Shown here piece after piece: positions 13,665-26,487 of a DNA stretch of 64,000 nt. The stretch is from Octopus vulgaris (taxonomy: Eukaryota), in assembly GCA_951406725.2 (NCBI GenBank), contig OX597821.1, forward strand, positions 47,740,001 to 47,804,000. Direction: 5' to 3'. Position 1 is the first letter of the stretch; each line of letters begins with the position of its first letter. The notes beneath the pieces are model-generated. The model saw nothing but the letters and a program-made list of their open reading frames with translations, did not search any database and was not told the DNA's origin. The translations under genes were made by a program, and so were the position numbers.

Positions 13665-14922
13665 AGAGTGGCTGAAAAGTTCATAAGCTGACTCTGAAGG
13701 AGTGATACCAGAGCTGTAAAATCTTGTATGTATTAATTTCTGTTAATAACTTTTTTTTAATAATTAATAACTGCATTATTTCTTTCCAGGTAAACTGACA
13801 TCTGACTGTCTTAAGAAAACTTCAAAACTAACTAGTAGCAACCTTTCTTGAAAATGGAAAAAATTTGGCATTGTGGTGTTATTAAGTTCTTGTAGAAAAA
13901 GAGTTAAGCCTCCAAGATCATTCATACTAGTATGGTTGCTACATTAAGGGATGACACTCCAGCTTTATCAACAGTGCAAAAATGGATAATTGAATTTAGG
14001 AGAGGAAGGGAGCGTGTTGAAGATCACCCAAGGTCTGAACATCTTGCATCTGCCACTACTGAGGAAAACATTGGTTGTGTTTACCACATGGCGATGGATG
14101 ACAGGCAATTGACTATAAATCAAATAGCCAATGCTATTAGTATATTTTGTGAGAGAGTTGAGAATATTCTGCACAATGAACCTGGCATGGGGAAGGCCTC
14201 TGTGTGGTGGGTGCCACATCTTCTGACACCTGATCAAAAGCACACCAGGCTGATCATATCATGGAAAAATCTGCTATTGCCTGAGGTAAATCCAGCTGGT
14301 TTCCTTGAATGTTTCCTTGCCAAAGATAAAGTGTTGGGTGCTTCACTTTGAACCAAAAACAAAGAGATAATATATGCAGTGGAAACACACCCACATACCT
14401 ACTCCAAAGAAGGTATCTACAGAGATACCTTAGTTTTGGGGGTTGTGAAAGGCATCATACTTATTGACTATGTTCCAAAGGGTCACACCATCAATGGAGA
14501 GTACTATCCCTACTTGCTGAAGTAGTTATGAAAGGCTATCAAGAAGAAATGCCAAGGAAAACTGACAAAAGGAGTCATGAGTCATTGGGACAATGCTCCA
14601 GCATACAAGTCCTTGCTTTCAATAGCTGTTGTGCATGACTGTGTCTTTGAACTGATTGATCTCTGTCCCTTTTCTCCTGATTTGGCCCAATCTTACAATC
14701 AATCTGTTCCCAGCCAGGAACCAATATCACAGTGATGATGATGTCATAACTGCTTTTTGACCAACAGGATGAAATCTTCCTCACCAATGAGATCCAAGCA
14801 CTGCAACATCAATGGAAGAAGTGTATGGAAAGCAAGAGGGACTATGTTGAAAAATAAACCTCATTTGGTCAGATTCTATGAGAGTATCTTGGTCAAGCTA
14901 TGAACTTTTCAGATGACCCACG
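13665..14922 (+). mobile_element. Degraded mariner (DD34D-type) transposon
   Basis: TIRs ggctgaaaagttcataagctgac / ggtcaagctatgaacttttcagatgacccacg-TA; motifs STVQKWIIEFRRGRE, WVPHLL, DNAP, SPDLA. Confidence 0.85.
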
Positions 14923-16539
14923 TACATATGAAAGTGGTAAACATCAGTAAATCCTGTTGACAGCAAGGTGAATTGAGATATATGTATAATTAGAACATCA
15001 TCCAGCATGGCCACAGTCCAATGGCTGAAACTAATAAAAAATTACTGTTTGAGGGTGAAATTTGGAGACATTAGGCATTCATACAAATCATCAATAACGA
15101 CGCACTCCATTGCACTAATTTCAGACACTCCCTTGATTACTATTCCCATTTGGAAGCGACTGGTTTGTTGAGATCCTGTAACCAAAAATACTATTGTTTA
15201 CGAATTGTGATATATAAAGAAAATAATAAATAGTCAAGTTTATGTTACATTTTTACCTGTCTTCAAGTTAAATTATTAATTCATAATTTAGAAACCTCCA
15301 GAAAAGTACATGGCTTTATATTGTAGCCATAACCCATGTACTGAAGGAAGTAGGCTGCTCTGTGCTATAGCTATAATCCATGTAATGAACATAGTAGGCA
15401 GCACCATACTAATCAATGTCTTTTCAAATAAAACCTCCATTCCAGATTGTTGTGTGTGATTAAAAACAATGAACATTGCTGGAAATATATGGAGATGCCA
15501 GTGGATTTTTATTACAAATCAACTCTTGAAATGGTGCATATTTTTTTAAATGTTAATCACTAATATAGCAGTTAATATATTCATAAATTTATTCTACTGA
15601 TATATTTAATGACATTTAATATATTCAGAAAATAATGTTATCATAAATTTGCTCATTAAAGTCTTGCATATTCTTGTCTCTTCCACAAAAAAGAGAGGAA
15701 CAAGAGACATGAGTAGAATTTAAGACAAATCTCTTCCATTTTGATACTCCATGACAAAATACTTTTGAGAATTATAGATATGTCTAACATGTAACAAGAT
15801 TGGAAGAAATATATTGATAAATAATACAGCAGATGAGGGATAAATCAATGACAATTGCAAACTACTTGTCCCTTTTTGCTTCTTCAAAAATTATGCTGCG
15901 TTGTTCTTGGAGAAATCAGTTATTGAATGCTGAAGAAGAGAGATATGTTACAGAATATTTACCCTTTCATCCATATATTCTCATGCATTTGTAAGAAAAG
16001 GATTGAATGATGCAAGTTATTCTTGTTCTGAGATAATTTTCATTCAAAGAACTTACCAAGCATTTTATCACATTCACAAAAGGCCCAAATATATTCTGAT
16101 AAAAAATGACATATCTGCTCCTACACATTGTAACCCTGATGATGCAATTACAGCCTTGTCTATATTCCTTTGTTATCTGGCAATCTGCTCTGTATTTCAC
16201 ATTATTGCTTAAATTGATTTCCTACTTTGGCACATGACAAATTTGCTCTGTGATTGTCAGATGAATTACCACCAGTGTATTACTGCCTGTGTTCAGTTTC
16301 GAATCTGTTACAGGAAATAAATTTTTTTTAAATGTATAGAGGGCCATAAGGTCAATGGAAGATAGAAAAACAAGTGGAGCAGATGAAATATCAGTAGAGA
16401 TATTTCAAGCATTATATAACTACAACTTAGATCTAATAATATATAATAATAGCTGTGGCAAGAACCAAACAATGGAAAATATCAGAATTTAAAAAGGAGA
16501 AATGATTCAGGCAAGCTTGTGTATTATTATCTAGCCTAT

Positions 16540-16930
16540 TTAATCTACCATTGAGCAGCTTCTGAATTTCTTTATTGTTGTTGAACCAGTCTTGGTATCT
16601 CCTTGTGTTCTGGACCAGATGATTGAGTGCAGTGTTGTACACCACATCTCTGAACTTCCCTCACTCTTCTGTTTCCTTTGTACCAACTTGGTTTCCAGGC
16701 CCTCACTGACATTCTGTTTCACATTGGATTGTTCCAATTTGCTGATGTATAGTTGCTTGTTTGCCAGCTTCCCTTGTAGTTGCTGCCTGGGTTTGATGTG
16801 CATGTTGAGTTTTGTGAGGATGAGTCTGAGATCTGTCCAGTATTCTATGACACACATAGCTTTTGTGAATCTGTGTTGGGTGGTTGCAATGAGGCAGTAC
16901 TTGGACACTCATAGAGACAGTTATATTTTG
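16540..16930 (-). mobile_element. RTE (BovB-type) LINE fragment, endonuclease C-terminus/linker
   Basis: TKAMCVIEYWTDLRLILTKLN and RRYQDWFNNNKEIQKLL resemble the RTE consensus CWTDHRLI...HQDWFDEND-EI. Confidence 0.6.
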
Positions 16931-18535
16931 AGAGAATTTAGTTCTTGAGGTGAGAAAAATAATCAAGGATGTCAAGGGTATATGTGACAATCTGGACAGT
17001 ATGTAGGATTTGAAACAAGTTGATGAAGTGAATTGAAGATTGCAAAAGTTTGTCTATGTCCTGTAGGGATAAATGAGAAAGCCATGAGATGCTGTGAGTT
17101 TTGAAGTACCTAAGGATAATGTCTTTGGAAAGGAGTGGAGAAAGATATATTCCCTTGATGTAGAAGGAGATTTTGTCAAAGGAAAATTGGTTGTTTTGAG
17201 GTATTAAGAAAACAAAGAAGGGAGACAGAGTAAGTGGGAGGTATTAATGCTAATATCCAAATGAGAGAACTAAATGATTAAGGATGACATTCATGTAAGT
17301 ATAGCTTTTGGGATAAAGTTGAAAGGAAGAACTAAGCCTGGATATTATAGATGGATTGGAGACAAGAGTTGAGATCATTGTGTTTCCAAGTGGAAGAGAA
17401 TGTGAGGTCAGCATATGAGTAAAAGATAATAATTAGGGTAAGAGTTGAAGCAAAGAGTTGGAAGAAGAGGAGGAAGAATCGTCCAGATGATTTTACTTAC
17501 ATTTTTGGTACTTTGGGGAAATGTATTAGGTGGTGGGGCATTAAAAGATCCTTGCAAAAACCCTACTGGAGACATAGTCTGAAAGTTCACAACCCCAAGG
17601 GCTTGGCTATAGTGTCAAACTAGGTAATGTGATGGGCCTACCTTTCAGGAATGCACACACACACGTGCATGTCTGTACATGTATATGTATATATGCACAC
17701 ACAGATAAACACATATATATTTAAAATATGCTCACAATCGGTTTCCTTTTCCATGTGACCAGATATATTCCATAATTTAATTCAGATGACACATTCCAAA
17801 CTGTTCTGAGGTTTCTGTTTCATTTGTCGTGTTTTCTTATGTTTTTAGTCTGAGTAAGAAATGCAGTGTCCATGGCCTTTTAAAGGGCGACAGAAACCGG
17901 TGCTAGATGTTATCCTCCTATTCAATATCTGGACACAGGGACTAGTACCTATTACCTTCTTACTGGTCAACTGACCTGAATTTTTGCCAGACAGTGAACT
18001 CTGTTAAGGACTTGCTGTTAAACCGTGAGGGGATTAAGTCTACAAGTGATTGAGAAGTGATTTCAAGGGTCTCAGCATTTTGTTCATTCATTGTTGTTGC
18101 ATTGATTCAGGTTGATCACTCATGCTATATTTATAACAGCTGTTGCTAAGGTATAACAATCCCACAGAATTCTATCTGATGTGGTGTTGGCAAGAGTTGA
18201 AGGAGCTTCTACACATAATCTCCTCATCCTCATCCTCTCCTCATCTCTTTTTATTGATCTTCTGTCATTGCATCACACAGAATCTTGAACTGCCTGATTG
18301 CAAAGCAAGCTTTCTTAAACATTTGACCATTCTAATATAAACATACATGCTCAAATACAGCCATACACTCCCACACATACATGTACGTGTGTATGTGTGT
18401 ATATGTGTGTATATATTTATATATTTACACACATATATGCACACACATGAATATATAGATAGATATGGATACATACATAAATACATACATACATACATGC
18501 ATACATACATACATACATACATATATATATATATA

Positions 18536-18693
<158 letters not shown>

Positions 18694-18754
18694 ATTTCGG
18701 AATGGTCATATTGCCAGTTTAGCCAATAAAATCTTGCACAACAAATATTTAAAC

Positions 18755-18792
<38 letters not shown>

Positions 18793-18794
<2 letters not shown>

Positions 18795-19200
18795 AGAAAA
18801 AGAAAATGGAGATAGGGAAGCTAATAATTGCTTATTATTAACAGCAAATTAATCATCTACACTTACAGCTGTTTCAATTAATACTTTGTAAATATTAAGT
18901 AAATATTAAATTTATTTTTATGTGATCTGAGCATAGTATCTTCAGAGGGAAAAAAAAATACCCTTCGATGTTTTATATGTGTTTATGGATTCATCATAAC
19001 AGACTGAATCTGCTATAATGAATGCATAAACACATATAAAACATCCGAGGGTATATTTTTCTCCTCTGAAAATATTGTGCTCGAGTCACATAAGAATAAG
19101 TTTAATATTTACTGAGTATTAACTAACAGCTGTTAGTGATTAATTTGCTGTTAATAATAAACGATTATTAATCTCCCAATGTCCATTTTCTTTTTTCTTC
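18793..19200. mobile_element. ~410-bp imperfect palindrome with degenerate hammerhead cores (PLE pLTR-like)
   Basis: Arms gaagaaaaagaaaatgga...gatgttttatatgtgtttatg / cataaacacatataaaacatc...tccattttcttttttcttc; minus strand CTGAAGA (18945-18939)...GAAA-CAGCTG-TA. Confidence 0.7.
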
Positions 19201-19209
19201 TTTTATATT

Positions 19210-19428
19210 CTTTTACTCTTTTACTCTTTTACTTGTTTCAGTCATTTGACTGCGGCCATGCTGGAGCACCGCCTTTAGTTGAGCAAATCGACCCCGGGAC
19301 TTATTCTTTGTAAGCCCAGTACTTATTCTATCGGTCTCTTTTGCCGAACCACTAAGTGACAGGGATGTAAACACACCAGCATCGGTTGTCAAGCAATGCT
19401 AAGGGGACAAACACAGACACACAAACAC

Positions 19429-19461
<33 letters not shown>

Positions 19462-19632
19462 CATATATACGACAGGCTTCTTTCAGTTTCCGTCTACCAA
19501 ATCCACTCACAAGGCATTGGTCGGCCTGGGGCTATAGCAGAAGACACTTGCCCAAGATGCCACGCAGTGAGACTGAACCCGCAACCATGTGGTTGGTTAG
19601 CAAGCTACTTACCACACAGCCACTCCTGTGCC
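19210..19632 (-). mobile_element. SINE family A, full length
   Basis: Reverse complement of 201-616. Confidence 0.9.
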
Positions 19633-19761
19633 TATATGAATATAAACTATATGTTTTATATATATACCTGTTATTTTGAGGAAATTAATTCCCTCAAAAT
19701 ACCAGGTATTGAACCAGTATTTCCTTGGATGAAACCATAAGAACACACACAAAAGCAAAAA

Positions 19762-19807
19762 GTGTCACTGAAGAGGTCACAGATGTGTGATGAAAGATTT
19801 CTGGATA
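19762..19807 (+). ncRNA. Minimal type I hammerhead ribozyme (variant)
   Basis: gtgtca-CTGAAGA (19768-19774)-g-GTCACA gatg TGTGAT-GAAA-GATT-TC^TGG; one extra nucleotide before stem II. Confidence 0.55.
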
Positions 19808-19916
19808 ATGGACATGAGTTCAAATAATAAAATAAGAACAGTAATAAACAAGTAAAGAAAAATATATAGTGCATGTGTTTATTTAGCAAAAAAAAAATGC
19901 CTGTCCTGAAATACAA

Positions 19917-19998
<82 letters not shown>

Positions 19999-20080
19999 AC
20001 ATGCATACATATATTTTATTTATGTGTATATTTGTTTGTGTATGTATATGTGTGTGTGTGTGTGAGTGTGTGTGTGTAAA

Positions 20081-20402
20081 GGTGCATGGCTCAGTGGTTA
20101 GAGCATTGGGCTCAAAATCATGAGGTAGTGAGTTTGATTCCCTGACCAGGCTGCGTGCTGTTTTCTTGAGCAAGACGCTAGTTCACATTGATCCTGTTCA
20201 CTCAGTCATATAAATGAGTTGTTACATCACTGGTGCCAAGCTGTACTGGCTTTTGCCTTTCCCTTGGACAACATCGGTGGTATAGAGAGGGGAGGCTGGT
20301 ATACATAGACTTCCATAAACAACCTTGCTCAGACTTGTACCTTGGAGGGTACTTTCTAGGTACAGTCCCATATTCATGAACAAGGGGAGTCTTTACCCTT
20401 TA
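20081..20402 (+). mobile_element. tRNA-derived SINE family D
   Basis: ggtgcatggctcagtggttagagc (A box), gagtttgattcc (B box), ttcttgagcaagac central domain, ctttacccttta tail; second copy at 44904. Confidence 0.8.
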
Positions 20403-20479
20403 TCATATATATATAAGTGAGACCATAACCTCATGGCCTATGCCAGGGATGTAACCAGCCCAATTATGCGTACCTTTTC

Positions 20480-20922
20480 TTCATTGGTCACTAAACTCTG
20501 CTTGTGAAGACTTGTTGTGGCAAGTGAAATCGAAATCAAAATCAAATTCGATGACAGGCATCCGTGCTACTGGAGTGCTAAGAGCAACATCCAAGCGTGA
20601 TCGTTACCAGCGTCACCTTACTGGCATGTGAAAAAACATTCAAGCGAGGTCATTGCCAGTTCCACTGGACTGGCTCCTGTGCAGGTGGCATGTAAAAATC
20701 AACCATTTGAGCGTGGCCATTGCCAGTACCTCCTGATTGACCCTCATGCCGGTGACACATAAAAGCACCTACTACACTTTCGGAGTGGTTGGCATCCAGC
20801 TGTAGAAGCTCTGCCAGATCAGATTGGAGCCTGGTGCAGCCATCTGGTTCGCCAGTCCTCAGTAAAATCGTCCAACCCATGCTAGCATGGAAAGCGGACG
20901 TTAAACGATGATGATGATGATA
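20480..20922 (+). mobile_element. RTE LINE 3' fragment
   Basis: Repeated ggcatgtaaaaagcac motifs, ccaacccatgctagcatggaaagcggacgttaaac and a (GAT)n tail. Confidence 0.85.
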
Positions 20923-21360
20923 ATATATATATATAGAGAGAGGGGGGGAGAGATGGGGAGAGAGAGAGAAAGAGAGAAAGAGAGAGAGAGAGAGATTCAT
21001 ATATACATACATACACACACACTCATACTCTCACTCATGTATATATGACACCTAACATATTATAATTACAATACACACTTATAGTTTTTGATTATCTAAG
21101 TTCTATGTCTCTCAAGGAGCAATGTGACTTTGGTTAATATCTCATTATATTTCATTTTAAATTCACTCTCATTAAACTGATCTGAGTATTTCTTAAAAGC
21201 TGATTAAAATTAGCAATTTAAATAGAGCTATATTATTTTCAAAATATTATTCTTATTGTTAGGTAATTATTACTAATTCATATGGTATCACAGCCTCTGT
21301 GGAATTAGAAGGCTACCAAATTTCTTAGCAGTATAATAATATTGATATTAATATGGTATA

Positions 21361-22230
21361 AGGTGGTGAGTTGTCAGAATTGTTCACATACAGGGCAAAA
21401 TCTTTATGTTCTGAATTCAAATTCTGCCAAGATCAACTTTGCATTTCATCCTTTCAGAGTTGATAAAATAAGTACCAGTCAAGTACTGGCATCTATGTGA
21501 TTGACTAGCCCCCTCCTCTAACTTTTCAGGCTTTGTGTCTATAATAGAAAGGATCATTATTATTATTAAGGTGGCGAGCTGGCAGAATTATTAGCACATG
21601 TGGCAAGATGCATAACAGCTTCAAATTACACTGAGGTCATCTTTGCCTTTCATCTTTTTGGAGTTGATAAAATAAGCAGCAGTTGAGTACTAGGGTCAAT
21701 ATAATTGACTTACTCCTGTCCTGAACTTGCAAGCCTTGTACCAAAATTTGAAATCAATATTAATATGGTATAAAGGGTGGTCAGCTGGCCAAATCCTTAA
21801 ACCTCCAAACAAACTGCTTAGCAGCATTTCATCCAGCCTTACATTCTGAGTTCAAATGCTTCTGGCATTGACTTTTCCTTTCATCCTTTTGGAGTTGATA
21901 AAAACGGTACCAGATGAGTGCTGGGGTCAATGTAATTGACTTACTATTTCCTATGAAATTGCTGGCATTGTGCCAAGATTTTAAACCAATATTGATATAA
22001 TATATACATACATTGAGGTGATGAGCTAACAGAATTGTTTGCACACCAAGCAAAATGTTTAGCAATATTTCGTCCACCTTTATGCTCTGCGATAAAATTC
22101 CACTGAGGTCGACTTTGCCTTTCATCCTTGCAGGGTTAATGAAATAGGTACCAGTCAAACACTGGGTTCAAATGTAATCAAATTACCTCTTCCCCTGAAA
22201 TTGCTGACTGTGTGTCAAAATTTGAAACTG
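21361..22230 (+). mobile_element. Head-to-tail array of about 4 degenerate SINE B copies
   Basis: ggtggtgagttgtcagaat / ggtggcgagctggcagaat / gggtggtcagctggcc / ggtgatgagctaacagaat, each followed by ctttgcctttcatcc...gttgataaaataagtaccag. Confidence 0.7.
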
Positions 22231-22559
22231 GTATATACATACATCGTGGGCTTTGAGGTGTGTAGAGATACCTCTTAGCCACTCTTGTTCCCAAGTCTAC
22301 TCTGACCTGGAGTAGCAGCATAGTAAAGTGAGGGATCACTAGTTATTATCACAGTGTCTTTCTAGGAGAGGGATACCAATGTTAAACCTGCATTTGACAT
22401 GATTATTGATGATCTCACTATGGTTGTCACCTGGTACTAATCACAGAGACTCAAAGATTGGTACCTGTGTTGTACAAGCATTTATCACTATAATCCAATG
22501 ATGTACAAACGTCTCTTTATGCTGACTTCATTTGTCATTCCATCTACTGGGGAAGTCCT

Positions 22560-22780
22560 AGAGTGATTGAAGAATGGTGACATGTGCAGACCTAACCAGT
22601 TGCAAGCACACAGTGTGTTTGTAACTCTCATCTCTCACCTATGCTTCAAACTATGCAGATCTGCAACAGGAGTGAATGTTCATCTGAGAAGTCACGAAAG
22701 GAAAGTCAGAAATGCATTAACAATGTGGAAGCACAAAGAGATGACAATTGTCTGTGAAAATGGAGCAATCACCATATAAT
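22560..22780 (+). mobile_element. RTE-like LINE 3' end with C2H2-like finger remnant
   Basis: LCFKLCRSATGVNVHLRSH followed by a short 3' UTR; similar relic at 28440-28597 (HQCLTYGRTF). Confidence 0.45.
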
Positions 22781-22837
22781 ATACATACACACACACACAC
22801 ACACATATATATTTATATATAGATATTCTTCTATCTT

Positions 22838-23120
22838 TCTCTTTTGCTTGCTTCAGTCATTAGACTGTGGCCATGTTGGAGCACCACCTTAAAGACCAAC
22901 ATCGGTTGCCAAATGGTGGTGGGGACAAGCACAGATGCAAAGACATACACACATAAATACATATACGACAGCCTTCTTTCAGTTTCCTTCTACTGAATCC
23001 ATTCACAAGGCTTCGGTTGGGCCAAGGCTATAGAAGAAGACACTTGCCCAAGGTGCCACACAGTAGGACTGAACTTGGAACCATGTAGTTAGAAAGCAAA
23101 CTTCTTACAACTTAGCCACA
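22838..23120 (-). mobile_element. SINE family A, older and internally deleted
   Basis: Divergent alignment to family A. Confidence 0.75.
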
Positions 23121-23970
23121 CATTGCAAAAACCAATTTATATATTGATTTTTGCAATGCAAAGTTGACAGTGACTTCAAAGTTTTGACTTGCTCAACATC
23201 AGATGGCAAGCAAGCCAAAATTTTGAAGTTACTGTTATTCTTTTCCTTGTAAAAGTCGATAATTATGTACTCTACTCAAAAGTATTGAGTAAACAACAAA
23301 AAGGTTATTGTTAAAATGTTTTTCTATATACTTTGATATAAAAACAGACATCTTATAAAAGGGCACAGGCATGGCTGTGTGGTAAGAAGCTTGCTTACCA
23401 ACTACATGGTTCTGGGTTCCCTCACTACTGGTTGCTCTTTTTCTTACAAGGTAACCTCAGTTGTGTATACTTCATCATCATCATCATCATTATTTAATAT
23501 CCATTTTCCATGCTAGCATGGGCTGGAAGGTTTGACAGGAGCTGGTAAGGCTAGGGGTTGCACCAAACTCCATTGTCCATTCTGGCATGGTTTCTATGTT
23601 TGGATGCCCTTCCTAATGCCACTGCACAGAATGTACTGGGTGCTTTGTGTGTGTGTGTGTCTTCACTTATTCAGTCATGTAAAACCTAAGCCCATACAAT
23701 GTATCTATCTGTCTTCTTACCAGGAATTCTCCTGTATCTCATTTCTTAATATTTTCATTAAACATCTCCCATTCTTCTTTAGAACTGCAAGCCCTGGATG
23801 TCCTTCTTCATCTTAGGAGTTTTCTGAAGAAATTAATCTACAGTATACAAAATAAACTCCATTAACAGCACTCTGCCTTTTTTTCTTTCATAATTGTATA
23901 ATTTCCCTTACATTGATAACATTCTTAACAAAGATATGAATATCACAACTAACTTTGATTTGATCTGTCT

Positions 23971-24411
23971 CTGGCTGTGTGGTAAGTAGCTTGCTTACCA
24001 ACCACACAGTTCCAGGTTCAGTCCCACTGCGTGGCACCTTGGGCAAGTGTCTTCTACTATAGCCTCGGGCCGACCAAAGCCTTGTGAGTGGATTTGGTAG
24101 ACGGAAACTGAAAGAAGCCCGTCGTATATATATATATGTATATATATATATGTATGTGTGTGTATATGTATGTGTGTGTATATGTTTGTGTGTCTGTGTT
24201 TGTCCCCCCAACATCGCTTGACAACCGATGCTGGTGTGTTTACGTCCCCATTACTTAGCGGTTCAGCAAAAGAGACTGATAGGATAAGTACTAGGCTTAC
24301 AAAGAATAAGTCCTGGGGTCGATTTGCTCGACTAAAAAGGCGGTGCTCCAGCATGGCCACAGTCAAATGACTGAAACAAGTAAAAGAGAAGTAAAAGAGA
24401 AAAAGAGAAAG
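23971..24411 (+). mobile_element. SINE family A, slightly 5' truncated
   Basis: High identity to 201-616. Confidence 0.9.
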
Positions 24412-26345
24412 AGAAATAATGTAGAGCTGTCCATTGCTCACTTCTTGAAACAGCAAAGAAATAAGGTAAATTATGTCCCTAAATCTGTAATATGTTACAG
24501 TATTTCATATATAAGTGGTATGTGCTTCTACCATAGATTTTATGGAAAACTCTTGAATCTGTCTTATTGGTTTCCTTCATGGTTTGTCATTTGCTTTGGT
24601 CTTTCATATCATTTGTTTTTTACCTTGGTTTAATGGATCTGCCTTGAGCAGTGCTTCTTAGCCTGAACAGTGTTTTGCCCTTTGGGTCACTGTAACCTCA
24701 CAAATGTGTACTGTAAGGGTGCTCTGCATTTAGAAGGTGGTTGTTGCAACTTTTTTGTCTTAGACTAGGTACAATTCCTATATTTTACACATATTTGCTA
24801 AGATTAGAATACGAAATGAACATTGCACTATCAGTGAGAAGACATGACTACCAATGTACCCAGATCCTATATAGTTTTCTTATATAAGTCCTCCCTTTTT
24901 AAAGTATTTCTCCTAGAATTCTAACAGAGGACCACTAATTGATACAGATAGCTGTTAAAATAATCTGCTTCCTCCTCCCAACCAGAAGATCATATTTGTA
25001 AGATGGCATTCAATGAAACGAGGTGCTGGGTTAATAAAGGGTTCGAGAGGAAAGTGCTATCTATAACTTTTGTTTTTCAGCACTGAGGATATTGATGCAG
25101 TTGATGTTTGGTTGAACAACTGTTACGGGCTGGTAGCTACATTAAATACAAGCACAATGTGCTTCACCCTATTTTTAATATCGATACCAGTGGAATGGTA
25201 CAAAACCATTACTAAGACTTGAACAGCTTACCCAAAAAGAAAGATAAGTATATTCTAAAACATAGGGACACCAAGGTCTGTAAATTTTGTATATTTTCTT
25301 CAGACACATTAAATGATATTGAATATTTTACTAGTATGTTTTCTAAGCAGTACTATTTAGCTTCAACTTCATTGGGAAAGTTCAACTGTAATCAAAAGAA
25401 ACTAAATCAGTCTTAGAAATAATGAAAATTTCCTTCAACACATCATGAAATAAATATAACACCATGTTGTTGGTTACTAATAATATGCCTGACATTATTT
25501 ACTGTGTCAAAAATTGTGGTGTTTGTGGTGTTGTGGGCTGTGATGAGCTATGTGGTGTTGGTGGAGAAGATGACAGATGAGGTGGGTGGAAGTAAGGCTT
25601 GCAGGGGCCGGCGGAAGAGTGAAAGGGGCATGCGTGGGCAGAAAGCACATGTGGTCAGCGAGCACGTGTGGTCAGTTCCAGCAAAGAGGGCAGAGCAACA
25701 AGACATGTTGACTTGGTGAGAGTGACCACTGATTTCGCTGAGGTAAGGCCTTTTGTATTTCTTTCTCCCGTTGCTTCTTTTTCTGTTGTCCTTTTCCTCC
25801 ATCACACTACAAAAATGGAAAATGTTTTGGTTATTCACAGGAATTCTAAGACTGGTAAGGTCTAAGTGGTTAGCGTTGTTCGTGAATATTCAGAAAGAAT
25901 GTGATCAGACAGGGAGAGGCTACAAGCAGGAAGATGTTTTGCGAAGAAAGAAAATCATGGTTAGAGTGGGTCATGTCAGTCAGGAGGGAAGCCAGTGCCT
26001 ATGACCCACTATAGAACCTCCAAGATTGGTGGGAGGGAAAGACAGGAAGTCTTTTCAAACAGGAAGCCTGGCCTGAATATATGCAGCTGAGTGGACCCTG
26101 CTATGGTCAGCCAAGTTGCCAGACAGTGGTATTAAACAAGCAATGGGTCAAGTCTACTACTTTAGTAGATCATGATGGAATTTGAACTCAAAATGTAAAG
26201 AACTGGAACAAATACCACAAGGTACCTGGTCCAATGTGATCACAGTACTGTCAATCTGCTGCCCTGATTTGGTACCTGAAAAGGTGGAAGACAGGGTTTG
26301 TTGGTAGGTTTAGGTATTGGAGGCCCAGCCAGCTCAATGACCACT

Positions 26346-26401
<56 letters not shown>

Positions 26402-26487
26402 GGTGGTGGTGGTGGTGGTGGTGGTGGTGGTGGTGGTGGTGGTGGTTGTGTGTGGTGGTGGTGTTGTTGTTGGTGGTGGTGGTGGTA
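26346..26487. repeat. (GTA)n/(GTG)n array
   Basis: Direct reading. Confidence 0.95.

Noticed and set aside
17845-17910. Hairpin followed by GAAA-CCGG-TG, hammerhead-like
   Set aside because: No CUGAnGA adjacent to stem II, and the site would be UG, which is not cleavable
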